64,000 nt of DNA from Eledone cirrhosa (taxonomy: Eukaryota), in contig OZ024741.1 of assembly GCA_964016885.1 (NCBI GenBank), positions 125,984,001-126,048,000 on the forward strand, written 5' to 3'. Made by a program: the position numbers and the translations under genes. Shown here piece by piece: positions 1 through 14,213 of the stretch (the stretch's first letter is position 1; each line of letters starts with the position of its first letter). Under the pieces are notes generated by a model. The model had not been told where the DNA came from and did not search any database. It saw nothing but the letters and a program-made list of their open reading frames with translations.

Positions 1-444
1 TGTTCTAACATGAACCCTTAAATACATGTTGTAAGGCGGCACCGCAAGTCCGAAGTCAGCACTCACTTGAGCAACATGACCTCCATCAAAACATCAAAAT
101 CACGGTGAAGCTAGGGTGGAAGAGTAGCCAAATCATTGACACTCTGGAGCAAGTTTATGGGGACAATGCCCCAAAGAAATCAACAATCTACAAATGGATA
201 AGTCGTTTTAGAAGTGGAAGAGATGAGGTTGAAGATGATCTCCAGTTGAAGATGTAAAAAAAGCTGCTTTGACATGGTTTAAATCACATGGACCTCAGTT
301 TTACACAGATGAACTTAACTGGTATCAACTCTTGCAGAAGTGTATTGACCCAGGTGAAGCATATGTTGAAAAGTAAACATCATAACTTTTTTTACCGTTT
401 TTTTCCAACTATCCTTTTCGCACAAACCTTTTGAAGCACCCTCG
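1..444 (+). mobile_element. Internally deleted mariner (irritans/Hsmar2-like) transposon; left end outside window
   Basis: N-terminal HTH remnant (..KLGWKSSQIIDTLEQVYGDNAPKKSTIYKWISRFRSGRDEVEDD) is joined directly to the C-terminus ([34 protein letters not shown]). Right end ..CTTTTGAAGCACCCTCG is followed by TA. Confidence 0.85.
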
Positions 445-457
445 TACATACTCACAC

Positions 458-545
<88 letters not shown>

Positions 546-1155
546 GTACACACACACACACGCACACACACATATATATATATATATAAACAAAGAGGAT
601 GTGGTAAGATACCAGGTGGACCATAACGCACTAGAGTACTCGATACTTAGGGTAGTAGAGTGGGTAATAGGAAAAGAGTCAGGATCCCGACGGCTGAGCT
701 CTGGCCGTTTCGACAGCTAGATCCGAACTGTTCGGATAACTTTGATAGGTTTTGGCCAGTCTACCATTCAAGATTGTCCTAGGCTATATTAACTTTTGCC
801 AGATATTTTACTCCTAAAAAATGAGTGAATGGTCTTTAAGTATAAGTCTCAGTTTGATCATACTTCACCTGGGCTTACACAAAAAACCCAGGTTTCCTAT
901 CTATCTATCTATCTATCTATCTTGATAGAGTAAGACAAGCTTCGCATCGGCTCCGCTATTCCATCGGGATTTACCCTTACTATTGTAAGTACCGGATAAA
1001 TTTTTTAGTGCAACACATTTGGAACACTAACCCCTGTTATTTAGGGAAACATTTTTGCATTTACCCCCTTTTTAGGGAAACATTTTTGCATTTACCCCCT
1101 TTTTAGGGGGTAAAATAAATATCTATTTTTGCCGAAAAATTTCTTTCTTGGCAGC

Positions 1156-2966
1156 ATGGCGGAAAAGATGGCAGACATGTCTGCCATTAGCTCTGCCACG
1201 CCCCCCAAGTCTGAAGAACAAAAAATAATTACAACAAAATTAGACATTGAAACAAACAAACAAACAAAATGAAAAAACAAATGTTAAGGAAAATGAGCAA
1301 ACAGAAAACAAACAAACAGAAAATAATACAAATAACGACAGGGCAACTTTCGCCCAGAAAACAAAACAATCCATTACATACACACCAATTGACCTAACTG
1401 CCGCCAGAGAAAAACTGGCCGAAGCAAAGAAACACATTGTTTTGGGGGAGAACGGAATGTTTTCCATTAACTCCCCCCCCAGAATTCAAGAAAGCCAGAG
1501 CAGAAAACACAGTTCTCTACAGAACTATACTGAACCAGACAAGAAAGCCAGCACAGCCCAGCCAAATGGAAATAGAGTTAGTCCTAAAAGACTATATGAA
1601 GAATATTCTCTTCATACGAAAGGACCGACTCTATGGCAGCATTTCGGTCCTAACAAGAGACAAAGAAACGGCGGAGAAGCTTTCCCTAAGCCCACTCTCG
1701 TCGACAACATATAGCTTCTATCCCTCCTACATGGGTAGAAGAACACAGAGAGTAAAAGTAAAAACAATGCTGCCCACAATGGACTTCTGGTGGGCTATTG
1801 CTGGCTTCATTGATATGGGCGAAGACACAATGCTGTCAATGGGGAAGGCAACTGGAGATGCGTTCCTGGGAATGGGCCTCGACATACTAGTCCAAATGAG
1901 GCCCGAAAGAATAGCACAAATCCCGGATCGCATCTGGCTGGATGACCTTACCCCAATAGACATAATTGTAGAGGGGAGAAGACCAGCATGCTATTTATGC
2001 ATGGAAAGGGGACACGTTAAGGCTAACTGCCCGAAACGTATCCCCCAAAAAGGACTATTGCCCACACCCACCACAAACAGTACACCAACACCACCCACCT
2101 CCAAAAATACACTAATACCACACACAGCAAACAAAATACAGACACCACCAACCACAAACACAACACAAACATCACCACCACCAGCACCAAACACAAGCAC
2201 GACACAAAAATCACCACCACCATCACCAACCACAAGCACGACACAAACATTACCACCACCACCACAAAACCCATTCCAAACAAATAATAAAAAAAACAGT
2301 AACAAATCTACCCCTCCCGCAAAAAAAAAACAACCACACAACACGTCCCTCCCACCTAGCGCTGAAGAGTTTCCCCCAACTTCTGAAGAAGAAGGAGGAG
2401 AAGCCTTCAGACAAGTTAAAAGAAAAAAAAGAAAACACACACCCAGCACACCACAAATAACCCACACACAAACACCAACTCCAATCAAAAACACCCCACC
2501 CTCAACAAACAAAAATAAATCTGCGCCTCCCCTCTCCGAAACATTGACAGCATCACAAAAAAAGACGTTGCAATACACATATATAAATAAAGAAAACAAA
2601 AAACTGGTTAAATTAATAAACAATAACCCTATGGTGCAGACCGAAGGGCCAAACTTTATCTCAACAGAGAACTTCACCCATTTAAAAATGATAAAGGTCC
2701 CTCTGGACCTTTATCGTTCCTTAAAAGAACAATTTAGACGGGACGTGAGCCCCCCCTGTTTAAAACCGTTGAATCGCGTCCTCTTGAAAGATTTCCCCAT
2801 AACCGCCCCTCTCCCTGACACAACTCCAAATACCCCAACCCCACCACACACGTGTACCCCCACACCACCACAAAACATCCCTCCACCCAACACACCTGAT
2901 GCCATGGAAATTACGCAACCCGGAGAGGTAAGTGCTTTTCTTTCTTCACTTTCAACACCAAAATAG
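1156..2966 (+). CDS. Tx1-type ORF1 (gag-like, zinc knuckle, Pro/Thr-rich C-terminus), frameshifted
   Basis: ATG at 1156. Frames join via shifts in the (AAAC)n run near 1250-1270 and the poly-C near 1473-1480. CYLCMERGHVKANC is a CX2CX4HX4C knuckle. Confidence 0.75.
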
Positions 2967-2971
2967 ATCAA

Positions 2972-5900
2972 TTGAGAGTTGGCTGTTTGAACGCGCGTGG
3001 CCTGAGCTCAGCTTGGAAGCAAGCAAAGCTTCTAAGTGACCTCAGGTCACAAAGTATAGATGTGATGGTTGTTTGCGAGAGTCGGATCAGCAGCGTGAGA
3101 CAGCTGGCGCCCGCCTTCGATGACTTTGAGATGCACGCATCTCTCTGTCAACCCGGAGGCGGGGGGGGGGGGGGGGAGTTGCCGTACTGCTGGATAAACG
3201 TCTGACTCTCGACGTACAGATTGTTCACTCGGACCCGGGGGGTCGATTACTGGTGCTGGACGTCGGAGGCGGTGAAGGCGGGGCTTTCAGACTGGTCGGA
3301 TTTATGCTCCCTTCGGGGCGGAAAGAGCCGACTTCTTCCAACGTCTGGAGACTTTTCTAGGAACGTCGCGTTCCCTGCTTTTAGTGGGGGACTGGAATGG
3401 AATCCTAGATGCGCGTTGGGACTATGCAGGGGCATGTCCCGATAGAGGGGGGTGTAGCAGCCTCAAGGGGTTACTCGATCGATTCGACCTGGTCGATAGA
3501 TTTCGACTAGATTGTCCAACTGCGCCAACCTGGACCTGGGCAAACCGCAGTGGACAATCTAGATCGTACCTAGATAGGTTTTTGGTTAGGAGTAAGGATA
3601 GGGACGTATTTAGTTGTCCAGAACTGATCATGGTTGGCTATTCAGATCACAAATTAGTGACCTGCGTGGTCAACCTTGATAGAACGCATAGACAGGGTCC
3701 CGGTTACTGGAAGATGAACTTGTCCTTACCGACAAAGAAAGATTACAGAAACCGGATTAGTAGCTTAGTTAAGATGCGGTTGACGGGAGCGATCGTCAAC
3801 AGTAGGTGGTGGATATCTCTAAAGAGAGAGATTAGAGTAAGTTCGATAGGTTACAGTAAGGAACTAGCGGCGAATAGAAATAGGAGGGAAAGGGAGTTAA
3901 CAGATAAACTAGAAGAGGCGATTAGGAGCGGAGATGTAGCCAGAGTGTTAGCGACGAGAACGGCATTGAGCCAGTTCTTTGACGCGAAGCACGAAGGCTG
4001 CGTTGTCCGAAGTAAAATACGTGCTTTAGGAAACGAGGGGACCAAAGCTGTTAGCTGGGCCCGCGTGACAGAAGCCAAGAGTGGGATTAAATCCACCATT
4101 CGGTCTTTGCGAGACCAGGATGGACGGGTGATCCTTGAACCTGAGCGAATGTGCGAGACCTTTCAAAGGCACTTTGCTCGACTGTTCGGAGGTGGCGGGG
4201 GGCCGGATGGGGATGTGGACTTCGGTCCATACCTCGACGGTCTACCGCGTCTTTCGAGTGGCGAAGCGGAGTGCTGCGAAGGGCCAATCACAGCCACTGA
4301 AATCGGGGAAGCGCTCAGCCAATGCAGCAGACGCAAATCCCCGGGTCTCGATGGTCTACCATACGAACTTTATTTAGCTATGCCGGTCTTGTTCTCCGAA
4401 CTCCTCGAGGCTGTCTATTGCAACTGGCAACAGAACGGGAGAATTCCCTGTTCTGTGACCAAGGGCGTGGTCACGCTAGTGAGGAAGGACGAGAGCAAGG
4501 GGGACGACTTAAGTAACTTTAGGCCCATAACTCTGCTGAATGCAGAGTTACAGATTTTGGCCAAGGTGTTGGCGAAGAGGTTGGCGCTTGTGGTGGGTGG
4601 TTTGGTGGGAGACGCGCAGACATGCGCTATCCCGTCCAGGTCCATTCACGACAACCTCCACCTCATGCGATACATCATAGAGAGGGTTGGCTACGAACCC
4701 GGCTTTGGTGGGGCCCTGATCAACTTGGATCAATCTAAGGCGTTCGATAGGGTCGACCATGGTTACCTGGATGCGGTGCTAGCGGCGGCGGGCTTCGGAC
4801 CCGTTTTCAGGGGCTGGATTTCTGCCATGCACAGTGGCAACATCTACTCTAGGATTAAAGTAAACGGCTACCTCTCGGAGCCGTTTCAAATCACCCGATC
4901 CATCAGACAGGGGTGCCCCCTCTCCTCCCTTCTGTACGTATTGACTCTCGAGCCACTGCTGCGGAAGTTGGAGTTGCTGCGGGGCATACCCCTGGAACCG
5001 GGATTGCACAAAGCGGTCTCGGCCTATGCCGACGACGTAACAGTAATGGTGGCGGACGCCTCGGAAATCGGGGCGATCGCCACCCTACTGGAGGAATACG
5101 AAAGGCTGACGGGGGCTAAGCTGAACCAGGACAAGTCAGTCGGTTTGCAACTCGGAACGTGGAGGGGAAAACCGATGCCGTTAGACGGTGTCGTCGGGCG
5201 GTGGACGGAGGGCCCGGTGAAGCTGCTCGGGGTCTGGTTCGGACCGGACCTCCAGGTGGAGAAGAATTGGGGCGAGGTGACGAGCAGGGTGTTTGCGCTG
5301 ACCCAGAAGTGGGCCAAGTGCAAACTATCACTGAAAGGTCGGGCGGAGGTGACGAACGCTTACATAGCGTCCGTCATCTACTACCGCCTGACCGTCGTGC
5401 CTTGCCCCAAGGAAAAGCTCACCATCATGGAACGCATGCTCTTCCAGTTCCTCTGGAAGAAGCGGCCTCCCATGGTGAGGAGATCCATCTGCTGCCAGCA
5501 CCCTTCGAAAGGAGGGCTGGGTATGCCGTGGCTGTTGATGCGTAGGCACGCATTGAGGCTACGGCATCTACAGGTATTCCTCAACGGTCAGCCGGTGTGG
5601 GCCCCGTTTGTGAGGCGAGCCTTCCCACAGCTCGTCTCGCTCACCGAACTGCAATCCTGGGTGAAGCAAAGACCGAGAAAACTGGGCAACTGGCACACTG
5701 AGTGTGCCCAGGCGCTCACGGCTATCTGGCAAGCGGACCCGACTGTCAGTGGAGAATCCACCTCGACATTCTATAGAGGGTTGGTGGCTAGCAGGGGCGA
5801 CGACACCCTTGGAGAGTCGCTAGGCATGGAGGAGGACGAACTGGCCAGCCTGTTCGGTAGAACTTTCGGCCCGGGACCCATGGACAACTTCCAGAGGTCC

Positions 5901-6407
5901 CTAGCCTGGCAGTGTTACCGGGGGGCTCTGCCCGTTCGAGAAAAGCTCTACAGACACGGGCGCCCGGGCAGGGATCCCGCGAAAAAGATCTGTCCCAGAT
6001 GCGTGCGCGACGAGGAAACCGTTGCGCATGCACTGGTACACTGCCCGGGCGTTGCCGATCTGTGGGGCTACGTCGAACGACTGCTGTCGCGTGTGGCGCC
6101 GATTCGATTAACCGCCGAGTCTGTGGTGAACATCAAGCCGCCTCCTCCCTTCAGAAATGAAGCAGAGGCGGTCTTTCTGTGCGTAATAGCCATGATGAAA
6201 GAGGTTGTGTGGTGGACGCGCCTGAAAGGTCTGAGGTCGGGTGACTTTCTCTCCGGCCATCACCTGGTTTACTTCTTCCGATACCACTTCGGAAGAAGAA
6301 TCAGGATGGAGAGAGAAGTGCTTGGTCCCAGACAGTTTTATGAAAGGTGGGTGAAAGAAGCGAGAATGGCCCGTGTAAATGGGCCTTCTCTCTACATTGT
6401 TCTGTAG
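2972..6407 (+). CDS. Tx1-type ORF2: AP endonuclease + reverse transcriptase + C-terminal zinc finger, frameshifted in the APE region
   Basis: GCLNARGL, CESR, GDWN, SYLDRF, SDH (APE); KSPGLDG, FRPITLLN, LDQSKAFDRV, RQGCPLS, YADD (RT); CPRC..ETVAHALVHC. Shifts at poly-G 3161-3176 and near 3300. Confidence 0.9.
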
Positions 6408-6961
6408 GTGAAGAAGTGAAGAGGAAAGGGGGAGCGCCTCCTCTCTGGGCTTCCCCCGCGAAAAGAGTTGCACACTTTTCGGGGGTATGTGCAATCCCCA
6501 ACACGCCCCCTCCCTTTTGAGGACTTTTTATTGTTATATTATTATTGTTATTCCTTTTTTCTTTACTCGATTTATGTAAACTCCCCCACTGTGTAAATGT
6601 CCCCTTCTTTTGTGCCCTCGTGGCAAATAAATAGAAATTTATCTATCTATCTATCTATTTATCTATCTATCTACCGTTCTTTCTTTCTTTCTTTCTTTCT
6701 TTTGATCCTCTTTCCTCCTTCCTTCCTATCTTTATGTCCCTTCATTCTCTTCATTTACTCTCCTTCTTCATTTACTATCACCCCCACCACATATAGTCCA
6801 TTCTATATATAACAAACCACTTAAAATGTTATAGAAAGCAAGCTATTTTTGGTCGTTAGCGCTCTCTCCCTCTCTCTGTATGCGTATGTATTTTCTGTTT
6901 TTACACACACACACACACACACGCACACACGCACACACACACACACACACACACACGCACG

Positions 6962-7400
<439 letters not shown>

Positions 7401-7600
7401 CATGCACACTCACACACACGCACAAACAGAGGCATCTGAAGGAGTTTCACATGTTTACATCGTTGAAAGTACTAGCTGGTAATACAGAAATAAGGAAATA
7501 CGATATGTTTATGTCTAATAAACATCCTTTTATCTTTGCTCTGTGAGTTTTTAATAAGCCCTGATCATGTCACCGATATCTCAGCAACAAAGGGAGAGAA

Positions 7601-7641
7601 CCTGACGGCACCGTTTCCGGATTATTATCCTTCTTCTGGGG
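7601..7641 (-). ncRNA. Hammerhead-like motif with CAGAAGA core variant (probably degenerate)
   Basis: Minus strand: ccc CAGAAGA aggat aata atcc g GAAA cggtgccg TC agg. A more decayed copy lies near 7975-8010. Confidence 0.4.
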
Positions 7642-8126
7642 AATTTACTCCTTTGCTGCTGAAACAAAAATAAGCTGAAAGCTTACAGTTTCCTTTGCTT
7701 ATAAATATCGGCTGATGATGCTCATTTACATACAATATAACAGCTGGCTGGCTCGAATTAATAACTAAGAGTATTAGCCCTAACATAGCATAAATCGTAA
7801 TAGGTTCTATATGGAATCATATACGCTATGTTTATGTATAATGAATTCTGATTTAGACACAAGGCCAACAATTTTAGGGAAGAGGAAATCGACCCCAGTG
7901 CATTACTGGTGTTTTATTTTATCAACCCCCTAAGGCGGGATTTGAACAAAGACCGTAAAGGGAGGTAACTCTATGCCACCGTTTCTGGAATATTATCCTT
8001 TTCCAGAAAAACTTACTCCTTAGCTGGTGTATGCACTATATACACACATACATGCATACATGCATACATACATACATACATACATACATACATACATACA
8101 TACATACATACATACATACATACATG

Positions 8127-8480
8127 CAACTAGTTAGGAAATTACAAGTAACACAACTAGTTAGGAAGTTAGGAAATTACAAGTACAATCCATTAATGGA
8201 ACAGTAAAAATATGTAAAACATTCCGAAAATTTTGCATCTAATTACTGCATATACACAGGTACAGATACAAAGCATATACACATGCACACATACAACTCA
8301 AAACATACACATCCACACATACAATAACATCCATATCTACACATGCATGCATACATACATAATCTACCTAGTTGATGTTGTGTAAATTCCAATGAGAGAG
8401 TCTTGTGTCTATGTTAGAAACCGACTCTCTCTCTATTGGAAAAAAAAAAAAAATTTGTGAAATTATAAAACCAGAAGAAC
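8127..8480 (+). mobile_element. 3' fragment of R4/Dong-like RLE retrotransposon in (TACA)n
   Basis: Encodes QLVRKLQVQSINGTVKICKTF and shares the 3'UTR ending AAAACCAGAAGAAC with the 28881 and 30397 copies; (TACA)n on both sides. Confidence 0.7.
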
Positions 8481-8622
8481 ATACATACATACATACATAC
8501 ATACGGAAATGAGCATTGATGTTCATAAGCAAAAAAACTAAGATTTCAGCTTATATTTATCTCTCTCTATATATGTATTTATAAAATATATATAACCAAG
8601 CGCTCGAGCACCAGACTGAGTA

Positions 8623-8686
<64 letters not shown>

Positions 8687-8723
8687 CTCTCTCTCTCTCT
8701 CTACACACACACGCACACACATG

Positions 8724-8798
<75 letters not shown>

Positions 8799-10029
8799 GT
8801 ATAATATATATATATATAAATAAATATATACAGACATACAAACATATACACATATACATACACACATATACATACATATATCATGATGATTGCTTCACCT
8901 TGTCAGATGATAGCCGTTTAACATCATCTCAAAAAATCCCTCCTGCAAGTTTACACACTCCCATGTGCACGGATGTGACTTTTCAATCCAGCAACTGATT
9001 TACAAAACTTTGGCATATGTAACTGCACCTTGTTGCTCGTTATACAGATTCTTTTATAATTTCACGTCATCGGGTCCCAAAATTTGACTACCCATATCAC
9101 AGGGGCCGGCAGAAAAGGAGATGGACAGATGATATTAAGGAATGGATAGGAAGGATTGTGGCGGAATGTACGGCAATGTCAAGAGACAGGAAAAGATGGA
9201 GAGTCCTGATTCATAAGTCCATGGCCCTCACCCTCAGATATGAGAATGGGATGAGGCTAGGGTAGTCACAAGTAACAGATGTATGTCAGTGTATGTATTG
9301 GGTTTATTGAATAAGAATGTAGAATTTCATGTTGATGAACCTAACCTTCATACGACATTTAACCCGAGTGGAGTCTGACATATCTTGCCACAAATTGGAC
9401 AAGTGTCACATCTGGAGATGCAGGGAGATTTGTAACATAATCTTCCCGTGCCATTGTTTGTTCATGTGCTTTCTTATTGTTCACAATACCAGCTCTAAGA
9501 GAGAAGGACATGGTGACAGAAATTGTAATTTCAATAATCAACACCCTCAACCCCAACCAACTCACTCTTTCATACCATTCGTTTTAGCCCCGCGTTTATT
9601 TTTAACGTTTCATCCATTGGCAGGCTGATTAAATTGTTCTTCTTCGTGTATTACTATCAAGAGTTTCCTTTTCCAAATGATTTATATCTAAACCCAGACA
9701 TTTGTATTTTCCTTAATACAGTCTTTGTACCTTTTCTTAGGCCTCTGCTTTGTTCTTTACTTTACACAAGCTCACAATAAAAGATTTCCTCTGGAAGCCT
9801 CGCGCCATTTATTCGAACAAGATGCCCACATCCAGGGCATGTGACACTTTATGACAAGGGAACTGATTGTAGAGCAGCCTATCTTTGTAAAACTTCAGTA
9901 TCAGGTGTCATGCTTCTCCATTTAATACCTAGAATCTGCCCAAGGCACTTTTGGGGGAAATCTTTCAAGTATCTTCAAATGCCGCTAGTGAATGGTCCGA
10001 GATTCACACCCATACAAAAAAAAAACTCT

Positions 10030-10740
10030 ATACGTACATACATACACACATCGATAGGTACATATACACATCTATAGGTACATACATACATCTATACATA
10101 CATACACACATCTATACGTACATACATACACACATCAATAGCTACATACATACACACATCAATAGCTACATACATACACACATCTATACGTACATACCCA
10201 CATCTATACGTACATATCACATCAATAGCTACATACATACACACATCTATAGGTACATACATACACACATCTAAACGTACATACATACACACATCTATAC
10301 GTACATACATACACACATCTATACGTACATACATACACACATCTATACATACATACATCTATAGGTACATACATACACACATCTATACATACATACACAC
10401 ATCTATAGGAACATACGTACACACATCTATACATACATAGATACATACATCTATACATACATACACACATCTGTACGTACATACATACATCTATAGGTAC
10501 ATACATACACACATCTAAACGTACATACATACACACATCTATACATACATACATACATACATACATACATACATACATACATACATACATCTATACGTAC
10601 ATACATACACACATCTATACATACATACACACATCTATAGGTACATAATACACACATCTATACATACATACACACATCTATACATACATACACACATCTA
10701 TACATACATACATACATCTATACATCTATACATACATACA
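10030..10740. repeat. Degenerate about 20-24 bp CATA-based minisatellite
   Basis: Reiterated CATCTATA(CG/GG)TACATACATACACA. Confidence 0.85.
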
Positions 10741-10956
10741 TAGGTAGGTAGGCCTACTTCTCTCTACCATCTTCCCGTCTCTAGGGGTAATTTAACCGAG
10801 TTATTCGACTATTCCATAGATAATGTATGAATTATAGCAGCTTTTCATAATAAAAGCAAATACATTTGGCCTTTTTGAACTTGTTGAACATGTGTATATA
10901 TGTTTGAGTTTATATATAGATATATATCTGTATATTTCTGTGCATACATTTACCTT

Positions 10957-11027
<71 letters not shown>

Positions 11028-11038
11028 TATAAATATAT

Positions 11039-11088
<50 letters not shown>

Positions 11089-11257
11089 GCACACACACAC
11101 ACACATATATATATACATACATATATATGTATACATATATATATATATTGACGTTATAGTCACTTATATATTATGAAATACTTTCTATATTTTCACTTAT
11201 ATATACATATATATATATATACATATATGTATATACATATATGTATATACATATATG

Positions 11258-11305
<48 letters not shown>

Positions 11306-11324
11306 TATATACATATATATATAC

Positions 11325-11376
<52 letters not shown>

Positions 11377-11389
11377 GTGTGTATATGTG

Positions 11390-11423
<34 letters not shown>

Positions 11424-11480
11424 TGTGTATATGTATATATATATAAATATATGTATATATATATATATATACATATACAC

Positions 11481-11515
<35 letters not shown>

Positions 11516-11563
11516 CATACACATATACACATACATATATATATACATATATATATATATATA

Positions 11564-12047
11564 TTACTGCTTCCCCGTTCTCTCTGTTTCTCTCACCTTC
11601 TTTCGCCCCCTCTGTCAGTTACACTTTCTCTCGACTGACCGCTTCTTCGCACTTCCACTCACTCACCCACTCTCTGTTTCTCCCCTTCTCACTTCCTCCC
11701 GTTTGGCTAACAGTGGGTCTCTTCTTGCTTACATCCCACTCACGCTGGACGTGTCTGTACCTTTCGCTCATGAAATCCACCCAGCTTATGCTGACCAGGA
11801 CTACCATGTTGCTTGTTTATTTCCTTTCTTTGGTTTGCTTTTATCCTTCTATGTTGTTCACTTGTCCCCCTCGCTTTACGCGATTACTGGTCCCAATACC
11901 TTTTTTTAGTTATTGCTCGCACCAACCTGAGGTATCTGATTTTTAATGCGATGAAATACCAATGATGGTTGGAAAATCACTGACGAAGGACTATTTTTAT
12001 CATATGTAACCTATGTGCAACCACGCAGTATTCTTCTTTCTTCTCAT

Positions 12048-12050
<3 letters not shown>
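11564..12050 (+). mobile_element. Non-coding repeat, homologous to 41617-42181 (putative Penelope-like pLTR remnant)
   Basis: About 480 bp alignable with the 41.6-42.2 kb copy; CTGACGA-aggac half core; flanked by (TA)n. Confidence 0.55.
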
Positions 12051-12132
<82 letters not shown>

Positions 12133-12194
12133 TATATAAATACACACACACACATATCTCTCTCTTTCTCTCTCTCTCTCTTTCTCTCTCTCTC

Positions 12195-12351
<157 letters not shown>

Positions 12352-12352
12352 T

Positions 12353-12392
12353 CCGAACTGAGAATCCGCTAAGGTGAAACAATTGTTCTCGG
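12353..12392 (+). ncRNA. Degenerate minimal hammerhead motif
   Basis: ccgaa CTGAGAA tccgctaaggt GAAA caattg TT ctcgg; palindromic stem III ACAATTGT; G8 is mutated. Confidence 0.45.
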
Positions 12393-12453
12393 TATGGTGA
12401 ACTAACTGTTGTGTAACCACTTCTACCTAACTCGTCCCATGGACTGAGTGTTC

Positions 12454-12509
<56 letters not shown>

Positions 12510-12538
12510 ATCAAAAGATGGTTAAATGAGTTCCATGT

Positions 12539-12607
12539 ATTTTATTATGCGCATTTCAAAAACAAATATCAACATGCAATAACATTTGTGTTTTCATCAG
12601 ATAAAAT
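12539..12607 (-). ncRNA. Minimal type I hammerhead ribozyme, intact core
   Basis: Minus strand: attttat CTGATGA aaacacaaatgtta..tgatatttgttttt GAAA tgcgca TA ataaaat. Perfect 7-bp stem I and palindromic stem III ATGCGCAT. Confidence 0.85.
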
Positions 12608-13726
12608 AGGAGGACATGATATGAAGGTTAAAAAACACTTGTGGATGGTGCAGTTTTAAATCAACATATGAAAAGTAGTTTTAGATTGATGTGTGATATT
12701 GGGGAAACATTTTTTTTGATGGAGGTTGAGGTTGGAAAGGATGAAAAAGAGGAGGAGATGAGAGTAAAAAGTGGAGGTGGAGGAATATAGTGAGGAAGGA
12801 TGAGATAGGAGGAGAGATGGGTGATAGAGAGAGAGAGATAGCTTTTATAACTGAGAAAAATATATTGTTTTACATAGAGAGGTTGAAAAAACCGTTGGAA
12901 GATAATGTATAAATTAAAAGAATTTGAAAATTAACGAAGAGAAAAAATGTAAAGTTAAGGTTTGTATATTGAAGGGTTTAATGATATGTGCGATGAAAAG
13001 AAATTGTTAATATGTATTAAGAATAATATTTAAGGGTTTAATAATATGTGCGATGGAAAGAAAATGTTAATATGTATTAAGAATAATATTTAAGGGTTTA
13101 ATAATATGTGCGATGGAAAGAAAATGTTGATATGTATTATTAAAAAAACAGAAGTAATGTAAGTAAGGATATATTGTGAGATGAGCATGAATAAGTTAGA
13201 TGAAAGGGAGAAAAAAATAATGAATAGAGGATGAATAATCTAACGTCAAAAAATGTTTATGTTTACGAAGGATTTTTTCAAGGTGATATGAAGTAAGAAT
13301 ATGGTGTATTGTGTAATAATTGTTTCTATGTTAGGCACAGTGAGAAAAGGTACAGATTAGGGGTTAGAAATTAGGAGTGATGTAGAATATAATAAATATA
13401 ATAAATAACTTTGAAATAAGGTAGAAAGATGGGTATATTTTTAAAGAAGTATATATATATATATATATATGTGCCTTTGAGAAAAGGATTCTGAATTGAT
13501 AAAGTTTATCATATTAGCTGTATACTTTATGGAAAGTTCTGTGGAATTTCTGGAAGCAGATAGAAAACAAGTCAGCGCGTCTATTTATTATAGAATCTAA
13601 ATTAGAAATAATGGTAAATTTTTCATTTAGACAGAGATTGCAAGTCTTGGATAGAGAACTGTTCAAGTATAAAGAAGCAGAGGAAACCTTTTTCCAAGAG
13701 AAACTATATTTATAAAACCATATTTA

Positions 13727-13788
13727 TTTCATTAAACATATTTCAAGGGCCACCAAGGCAAACTATGGTGCGCTTTCATCAGATAAAA
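13727..13788 (-). ncRNA. Minimal hammerhead (inverted arm)
   Basis: Minus strand: ttttat CTGATGA aagcgcacc..ggtggccctt GAAA tatgtt TA atgaaa. Confidence 0.65.
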
Positions 13789-13926
13789 TATAATATAGGT
13801 TAGTTTTATAAATAAATATTGACATACCCTGAAAAAATGCAACCATTTTGGTTGGAATTTCAACCAGAACGGTTGCATTTTTTCAGGGTATGTCAATATT
13901 TATTTATAGAACTAACCTATATTGTA

Positions 13927-13988
13927 TTTTATCTGATGAAAGCGCACCATAGTTAGCCTTGGTGGCCCTTGAAATATGTATAATGAAA
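13927..13988 (+). ncRNA. Minimal type I hammerhead ribozyme
   Basis: ttttat CTGATGA aagcgcacc..ggtggccctt GAAA tatgta TA atgaaa, followed by AATAAA. Confidence 0.75.
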
Positions 13989-14117
13989 TAAATATGGTTT
14001 TATAAATATAGTTTCCATTTGTTAATATATTGTATATTTACTCCAATAATTTGTTGAATGATTTATATCAGTTATAAAAATATTTTGGTTGTTGTACCCC
14101 AACAAATTAAATATAAC

Positions 14118-14180
<63 letters not shown>

Positions 14181-14213
14181 ACCCTCCCCCATGTGTGTGT
14201 GTTTGTACATCGT

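Larger units (their letters stand above)
922..6637 (+). mobile_element. Near full-length Tx1/L1-clade non-LTR retrotransposon inserted in (TATC)n
   Basis: 5'UTR, ORF1 with CCHC knuckle, ORF2 APE-RT-zinc finger, 3'UTR ending GTGGCAAATAAATAGAAAT. (TATC)n on both flanks (897-921 and 6638-6672). Confidence 0.92.
13700..14118. mobile_element. Fold-back hammerhead-bearing Penelope-like mini-element (316-bp palindrome plus one-sided tail)
   Basis: 13700-14015 is a near-perfect palindrome; tail extends to about 14118; homologous to 38604-39021. Confidence 0.8.

Noticed and set aside
1727-6504. Antisense and alternate-frame ORFs within the Tx1 element
   Set aside because: Expected by-products of long open, GC-richer coding sequence; no recognisable motifs.
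7712-7760. CTGATGA at 7712 as a hammerhead
   Set aside because: No GAAA, stem II or closing stem I could be found.
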